From an uncultured cyanobacterium (GTDB lineage Bacteria; Cyanobacteriota; Cyanobacteriia; CAKZMO01), in assembly GCA_963719515.1 (NCBI GenBank), contig CAVRCJ010000001.1, forward strand, positions 256,001-320,000: a DNA stretch of 64,000 bases, read 5' to 3'. The notes beneath the pieces were generated by a model, which saw only the letters and a list, made by a program, of their open reading frames with translations, did not search any database and was not told the origin of the DNA. A program made the position numbers and the translations under genes. The stretch's first letter is position 1. Each line of letters opens with the position of its first letter. Positions 58,255 through 64,000 of the stretch are shown piece by piece.

Positions 58255-59772
58255 TCAACGCTGCCATTCTAGCCACTTCGCCGCAAGCTTCTTAATCAAC
58301 GGCGTGAACTGCTGCAGGCTATACGCTTCTGCGGCTTTGCGGATCACCTCCGCCTGGGTGGGGTAGGGGTGAATGACGTCAGCGATCGCCCCGAGCCCTA
58401 GTCCCTTGGTCATCGCCAGGGTGATTTCGTTGATTATTTCCCCCGCGTGGGCCGCCACCACCGTCGCCCCCAAGATGCGGTCTTTGCTTGGGGCTAGGTA
58501 AATCTTGGCAAACCCCTCGGTCTCCCCATCGGCGATCGCCCGATCGACGTCGCCCAAAGGCACGTGAAAGACGCGACAGCCCGCCTGTGACGCCTCGCTC
58601 GCCGAGAGACCCACCTGTGCGAGCTCAGGGTCGGTATAAACGCAGGACGGCATCGTGAGATCGTTCAGCTCACGACACCCGATGCCAAAGGGGGCAAACA
58701 GAGCATTTTGAACAACAATGCGGGCCGCTGCATCCGCCGCGTGGGTAAACTTCCAGGCCATGCAGCAGTCCCCTACGGCGTAGATGGTAGGGCTGGAGGT
58801 TTGTAGACGCTCGTTGATGAGGATGCCTTTCTTTTTGTCGGCTTTGACGCCCCCCTGCTCTAGCCCCAAGCTGCTGATGTTGGGGGCACGGCCGACGCTC
58901 ACCAGCACGGCGTCCACCTCCACCGAGCGGGCGGCCCCGTTGCTCTCGTAATGCACGACCTTTGCGCTACCCTGCTGCGCTACCCGCGTCACGTCGGCGT
59001 TGAGCAGCAGGGTTACCCCCTCATGGGCAAACCGGCGCTGCAGGAGCTCCGACACTTCAGGCTCACCAGCGCTGAGAATGCGATCGCCTCGCTGCAGCAG
59101 CGTTACCGCCGTTCCCAGGCGCTGAAACGCCTGGGCCAGCTCGCAGCCGATATAGCCGCCGCCAATCACCGCCAGTCGTTGAGGACGCTCGGTGAGGTTG
59201 AAGATATTCTCGTTGGTGAGGTGCTCTACGGTGTCTAGTCCCTCAATGGGCGGCAGCACCGGACTAGAGCCGGTAGCAATGACGGCTTTCTTGAACCGCA
59301 GAATTTGGGTGCCGACGGCGATCGCATCTTTGCTGATAAATTTGGCTTCGCCGAAGAAAAGGTCAATGCCATATGTCTTGACCATATGCTCGGCGGAGTC
59401 GTTCTCGCTGATTTCGGCCCGCACCTGGCGCACCCGTTCCATTACTTCAGAAAAATTGACTGCGACGCCTTCAGGGACATTGACGCCAAAGCGATGAGCC
59501 TGCCGCACCTCATGGGCGGCGCGGGCGGCGCGAATCAAGGTTTTGGAGGGGATGCAGCCGACGTTGGTGCAGTCGCCCCCTAGCAAATGCTTTTCGATTA
59601 GAGCGACTTTACCGCCCAATAGACCGGCCCCGCCCGCGGTGACTAGGCCAGCAGTGCCGCCGCCAATGACAACCAGGTTATAGCGCTCGGCGGGGGTGGG
59701 ATTTTGCCAGTTTGGAGGGTGAACGTGGGAGAGAAGGGTGCGGTTGTGGTGGTCGAGGGGAGAAAGGGTCAT
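58255..59772 (-). CDS. Pyridine nucleotide-disulfide oxidoreductase (MerA/Lpd-like)
   Basis: GGGTAG, GGDCTNVGCIPSK, HPYPT.AE; no C-terminal Cys pair. Confidence 0.88.
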   Translation of the reverse strand: MTLSPLDHHNRTLLSHVHPPNWQNPTPAERYNLVVIGGGTAGLVTAGGAGLLGGKVALIEKHLLGGDCTNVGCIPSKTLIRAARAAHEVRQAHRFGVNVPEGVAVNFSEVMERVRQVRAEISENDSAEHMVKTYGIDLFFGEAKFISKDAIAVGTQILRFKKAVIATGSSPVLPPIEGLDTVEHLTNENIFNLTERPQRLAVIGGGYIGCELAQAFQRLGTAVTLLQRGDRILSAGEPEVSELLQRRFAHEGVTLLLNADVTRVAQQGSAKVVHYESNGAARSVEVDAVLVSVGRAPNISSLGLEQGGVKADKKKGILINERLQTSSPTIYAVGDCCMAWKFTHAADAAARIVVQNALFAPFGIGCRELNDLTMPSCVYTDPELAQVGLSASEASQAGCRVFHVPLGDVDRAIADGETEGFAKIYLAPSKDRILGATVVAAHAGEIINEITLAMTKGLGLGAIADVIHPYPTQAEVIRKAAEAYSLQQFTPLIKKLAAKWLEWQR

Positions 59773-59892
59773 GGCGATCGCCCAATGTTTAGCGCTGTCA
59801 GCGGCTATTGCTTTTGCAGGCTGCACCGGCAGTCGTAAGAAAGAATCATATACTGAAAAAACGTGGCGCAGTAGTTATCTGGAAGCTGTCAT

Positions 59893-60384
59893 ATGAATCG
59901 CCGGCTGTTCTCTAAGCTCTCGCTCGCTTTTGCGGCAGGGGGCATTGCCTTATCAGGCTGCTCAGGGGCCAGAAGCAGTGCCGCAGGTCGGCAAACGTCC
60001 CTCTCAGCGGTGAACAAGCTGATGGTATTCCGCAGCCCAACCTGCGGCTGCTGCGAACAGTGGGTCGACCACATGACGGCAGCAGGCTTTCAGGTGCAGG
60101 ATAAGGTTACCGATGAGATGGTGATGGTGAAGCAGCGCTATGGGGTGCCGCCGCAGCTAGAGTCTTGCCACACCGCCCTGGTCAATGGCTACGTTATCGA
60201 AGGTCATGTCCCAGCGGCGGATGTGCAGCGGCTGCTCGCGGAGCGTCCCGACGTGGCGGGAATTGCGGCACCGGGGATGCCTGCCGGCTCTCCTGGTATG
60301 GAGCAGGGCGATCGCATCGATCCCTACAGGGTAGTTTCCTTCACGGCAGGCGGGGCAACAGCTATTTTCGCAGAGCATTTATAA
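59893..60384 (+). CDS. DUF411 metal-binding exported protein
   Basis: Twin-arginine-like signal, CGCC, SCHT, EGHVP, PGMP.GSPGM. Confidence 0.9.
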   Translation: MNRRLFSKLSLAFAAGGIALSGCSGARSSAAGRQTSLSAVNKLMVFRSPTCGCCEQWVDHMTAAGFQVQDKVTDEMVMVKQRYGVPPQLESCHTALVNGYVIEGHVPAADVQRLLAERPDVAGIAAPGMPAGSPGMEQGDRIDPYRVVSFTAGGATAIFAEHL

Positions 60385-60627
60385 CCACTGATCGCTTTCT
60401 AGCAGACGCTTCGACTGGGCGGGCATCTCTTGGTGGCAAGAGCCACATCGCCAATACACTTCGCCGGAACGAACGTGACGCAGCAGTACGTCGGAACAAC
60501 AGAGGCAGGTTCGTCGACCTCGGGGAGCTGAGCATTTCTTCGAATCGGTCAACGGATGAAGGACTTCTTTGAAAGGAACAACGTGATGTAGAGACGATGC
60601 GTTGGTATTCAGCAGTGCTTTCATGGT
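60379..60627 (-). CDS. Small zinc-ribbon protein
   Basis: CLCCSDVLLRHVR....YWRC.SCHQEMP. Confidence 0.7.
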   Translation of the reverse strand, partial: TMKALLNTNASSLHHVVPFKEVLHPLTDSKKCSAPRGRRTCLCCSDVLLRHVRSGEVYWRCGSCHQEMPAQSKRLLESDQWL

Positions 60628-61151
60628 AATCACCGTTAAATTTAAAGTGGTTTTGTTAAAGCGAAGTTAGTTTTTAAAGGATTTAGCCGCGACAGTTAAA
60701 CTATCGGTTTAAATTGGGGTCGTTAAATTGGTGAAAGAAACGATCACAGCATGCTATGAGAGACTTGATTTATTAGGTAAGTGTCAACTTATCTAAATCC
60801 GACATGCGTTTCTTCTACACAAAGGCGTAAATCGAGGTTTGAAGGCGTAGGTCTATAAGCGGACTAGCAGTACTTTAGAGCAATCTATTGGCCTCGAATT
60901 TAGTCTATGCTACGGTGCCCAGCCTGTGCTAGGACTACCAAACGTTTTGTTAACTTGTATCAAGCCAGGTAAACTTTAGAAAGTATCTTATATCGCTTAA
61001 GGAAGAAGAAAAGAGCCTAGCAGAGCTTTTGCAGCTGCCTCCTCTTATGGGTTTGGGTATGAGGGCGTGGCAAACGCTTTCCCTCTGGATAACCGCAAAG
61101 AAAATCAACAGTTATACACATTAATTGTGTAGCGATAACTAAACGTAGCTA

Positions 61152-62372
61152 TCAGGAGGAGATCGAATCGTCCCCGCGAACTGCATCGAGAATAGCCGCA
61201 AAAATACTGTCTACATCCGCCAGTGGATTGGCGGCAACAGAGCGCAGCCAATGTCGGTTATCCAGCACGCAGGTTGACAGCATCCCGTCCGGTAAGCGGC
61301 GGCGGGCTTCTTCCGTTGAGCAGGTTAGAGGGCGAAATACCGTGACCCCGGTTTTGGGCATCGCCCACAGCTCAATATCCGATTCAGCGCTGAGTCGCTC
61401 GGCCAAGCGGGTCGCGATCGCCATCGACCGGTCAATCCGCTCGGCAACGCCGGCCCGGCCCCAAGCCAGCAGCGTGGCCAGCAGCGGGACTGCCGCAGCA
61501 CCACGAGACCCTTGAACACCTATATTCGGGTCGGTGAGATAGCTGCCGCTAAAGCTGATGGCCTTGTGGGCGTCGGGCTCCCGAAACAAAATTAAGGCTG
61601 ATTCTTTGGGCTGAAAGAGCCATTTATGGGCCGATAGGGTCACCGAGTCTGCTGCCTCAACGCCCGCTAGCAAATGTCCGTGAACGGCACTGAGCCGCAG
61701 CGGTCCGCCCCAGGCGGCATCGACGTGGGTCCATTGCGCCTGGCCTATAAGATGAAGTGGGTCAATCGCTCCTGTCGTAGTGGTTCCAGCAATGAGCACG
61801 AGTGCAGCATCAGCCAGGTCGCCCAAACGACTGGCATCGAGCCGACCTCGAGCATCGAGAGGCACCTGCTCATAGGGGAGCCCCAGGATACGGGCGGCTT
61901 TCTCAACACTAACGTGAGCGGCCTGTGAAGCAACCACTCTTTTGACGCCTTTTCCATCCCGCGCGGCCCACAGGGCTGTCAGGTTGGCCAGCGTCGAACC
62001 GGAACAGAGGTGACCACTCGCCATCCCAAAAAAAGGCGTCAGCCAATCTATGACGAGCCGTTCGGCCTCGGTGGCGAAGGGGGCAGTGGAGCGGTGGAGC
62101 AGGTTTTGATTGAGACGGGCATTCCAAAGCGCCATGGCCCAGGTAATCCATGGGGTGGGCGGATCCATATGGGCAAGAACATGGCGATCGCCAAGGGCAG
62201 CTGCACCGCCCAGAACATGGGGCGCAAGGCGCTCTAAGGTCTCTAGCTCTCCTAAACCCTGCTCGGGGCATGAGGCGGGTAGATCAGCCGCATTGAAGGG
62301 GGCCTGGCGCAGTAGCTCAACCGCGCGCTCTAGTCCGGCATTAGGTGAAAAACTGCTATCAAAATGACTCAT
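61152..62372 (-). CDS. Group II PLP-dependent decarboxylase
   Basis: AGTT.TGAIDP, HVDAAWGG, SAHKW. Confidence 0.9.
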   Translation of the reverse strand: MSHFDSSFSPNAGLERAVELLRQAPFNAADLPASCPEQGLGELETLERLAPHVLGGAAALGDRHVLAHMDPPTPWITWAMALWNARLNQNLLHRSTAPFATEAERLVIDWLTPFFGMASGHLCSGSTLANLTALWAARDGKGVKRVVASQAAHVSVEKAARILGLPYEQVPLDARGRLDASRLGDLADAALVLIAGTTTTGAIDPLHLIGQAQWTHVDAAWGGPLRLSAVHGHLLAGVEAADSVTLSAHKWLFQPKESALILFREPDAHKAISFSGSYLTDPNIGVQGSRGAAAVPLLATLLAWGRAGVAERIDRSMAIATRLAERLSAESDIELWAMPKTGVTVFRPLTCSTEEARRRLPDGMLSTCVLDNRHWLRSVAANPLADVDSIFAAILDAVRGDDSISS

Positions 62373-62557
62373 GCGATTCTGCCGTTACCCTCCATCCAAC
62401 TCGCTCTTAAAGCTAATATCTATAAAAATCTTTGCAGACTAGCGCCATGCGCCCCCAAAGCGAAGAACCAGAACGGCGACGGTGCCCCCCCGCAAAACCT
62501 CTCGATTGTATACTCGAATTCTAAGGGAACGAGCGTTTATGGGATTTTGCGACCACT

Positions 62558-63337
62558 ATGCTACCGAAGGACGACTTGCTCAAGGCGGTTGAGAATCGAG
62601 AAACCGCGACTCGTGTGATCGACCAGGCGGAGCAGGCGCTGCGCACCTGGGAGATTGTTCAGACGGGGTTCCTATCGCCGCCGGAGCTGATGGATGCTGA
62701 GGCTATGTTTCAGCAGCTTACAGAGCTGACTAGCCTTGCGGGCGGGGGCTATCCTCAGGCTGAGCGCCAGCGCCTCGCGATCGCCCGCTCTGAGCTACCC
62801 CTAGACCCCTCTCAGATTGAGCTTACCGCCATTAGCATCGCCGGAAATTTCCTCTTTGACACGGCGACCCACCGCGACTTTATGGGGGCGCTGCTAGGGA
62901 CAGGTATCGTGCGCGATAAGGTGGGAGACATCGTCGTGCTGGGCGATCGCGGGGCGCAGGCGGTGGTGGTGCCGGAACTGGTAGAGTTTTTGCAGATGAG
63001 CTTGACCCAGGTGCGTACGGTGCCGGTGAAGGTGGAGCCCATCGATCTAGGTGAGCTGAAGGTGCGCGAACCCCGCCGCAAGGAGATGACTACGGTGGAG
63101 GCGTCGCTGCGGTTAGACGCGATCGCCTCGGCGGGCTTTGGTATGTCCCGCAGCAAGATGGTGGACCTGATCAGCGGCGGCAGCGTGCGGGTGAACTGGC
63201 GGGATGTGACCCAATCTAGCCACCAGCTTGCTGCGGGGGATCTAGTGGCGATTCGCGGTAAGGGGCGGCTGGAAATTGGGGAGGTCAGCGTGACGAAGAA
63301 GGACCGTTATCGAGTGAATCTGACGCGGCTGGTGTAA
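62558..63337 (+). CDS. S4-domain protein (YlmH/Sll1252 family)
   Basis: GGYPQAERQR, HRDF.GA, SLRLDA, RGKGRL. Confidence 0.92.
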   Translation: MLPKDDLLKAVENRETATRVIDQAEQALRTWEIVQTGFLSPPELMDAEAMFQQLTELTSLAGGGYPQAERQRLAIARSELPLDPSQIELTAISIAGNFLFDTATHRDFMGALLGTGIVRDKVGDIVVLGDRGAQAVVVPELVEFLQMSLTQVRTVPVKVEPIDLGELKVREPRRKEMTTVEASLRLDAIASAGFGMSRSKMVDLISGGSVRVNWRDVTQSSHQLAAGDLVAIRGKGRLEIGEVSVTKKDRYRVNLTRLV

Positions 63338-63410
63338 GTGCTATGCGTCTTGGCTGATGCTGTGTTATCTTGGTTATCCGCGTGGGTGTTACTTACCTGC
63401 TGTGGATTCC

Positions 63411-63484
63411 GGACGTATAGCTCAGTTGGTTAGAGCACCACGTTGACATCGTGGGGGTCACTGGTTCGAGTCCAGTTACGTCCA
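63411..63484 (+). tRNA. trnV: tRNA-Val(GAC)
   Basis: Cloverleaf GGACGTA...TACGTCCA; anticodon arm CCACG-TTGACAT-CGTGG; GGTTCGAGTCC T-arm. Confidence 0.97.
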
Positions 63485-63600
63485 TCTCCTAAAGCATAGT
63501 GCTCGGTACAAATACGGTACGGTGCTATTTTCTAGCCCCCGTAATCGTTTCGGGGTCTAGAAAGTGCCCTATCCTGACCTTTGCGACCTGGCGCGACGAT

Positions 63601-63999
63601 CTAACGCTCTACGACTTCAATAACTGTCGAGAAAACAGCAATCGCATCCGTGCTGATAGGCGTTTGGTCTTCAGCCATTGGCACCAAATCGAGACTTGCA
63701 GCGCTGCGGGAAACATCGCCCACATCGCCGAGTAAGCTATCCAAAATATCCAGCTCCTCCCCACGTAGCCCAACTGCCCCTCGCTTCTGGCCGCCCCGCT
63801 CAGCGATCGCCTTCAGCCCCCGTAAGGCGCGATTGAGCGGCTGACGGCTGACCAAGGTAAGCAATTCAACAAAGCCGCTGCCGCTCAATCGCAGCTCAAC
63901 CTCATCCTCTTGGCGCGGAACGACTAGCTCCTCGCCTGGGGCGATTAGGGCCGCTTCTGCCGGTGCGTCCCAATTGGCAGGATGAAGAACGACAATGTC
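63601..63999 (-). CDS. C-terminal part of a larger protein (possibly DUF4384-like), starting outside the window
   Basis: Frame is open from the window end to the stop at 63601. Confidence 0.55.
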   Translation of the reverse strand, partial: DIVVLHPANWDAPAEAALIAPGEELVVPRQEDEVELRLSGSGFVELLTLVSRQPLNRALRGLKAIAERGGQKRGAVGLRGEELDILDSLLGDVGDVSRSAASLDLVPMAEDQTPISTDAIAVFSTVIEVVER

Positions 64000-64000
64000 G

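Noticed and set aside
58255..59772. True mercuric reductase merA
   Set aside because: It lacks the C-terminal Cys-Cys pair and any mer operon context.

Overview
Cyanobacterial chromosome segment: HIP1 octamer GCGATCGC is abundant and chlH is present; a filamentous Leptolyngbya/Nodosilinea-like host is an inference. Bases ~23-64 kb are mostly core genes (chlH, murF, uppP, era, an FHA adenylate cyclase, a large sensor kinase, tRNA-Val) with two IS200/IS605-family elements. Bases 1-22.9 kb are an accessory island built around three homologous units. Each unit has an integron attI-like site with cassettes running leftward, a decayed or missing intI, and a rightward module of promoter, ~220-nt structured leader RNA (compensatory changes between copies) and an unrecognised 115-124 aa ORF. 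The attI of the first unit is inferred to lie just outside the window. The third unit keeps four clear attC sites bounding an ORF-less cassette and low-GC defence-like cassettes (DUF3800-like, dynamin-like GTPase, GIY-YIG plus an IS630-interrupted HEPN gene). The island also holds a STAND-WD40 (NLR-like) gene and a small upstream gene that share an amyloid-like N-terminal motif. All family calls come from recognising motifs by eye; no searches were run.
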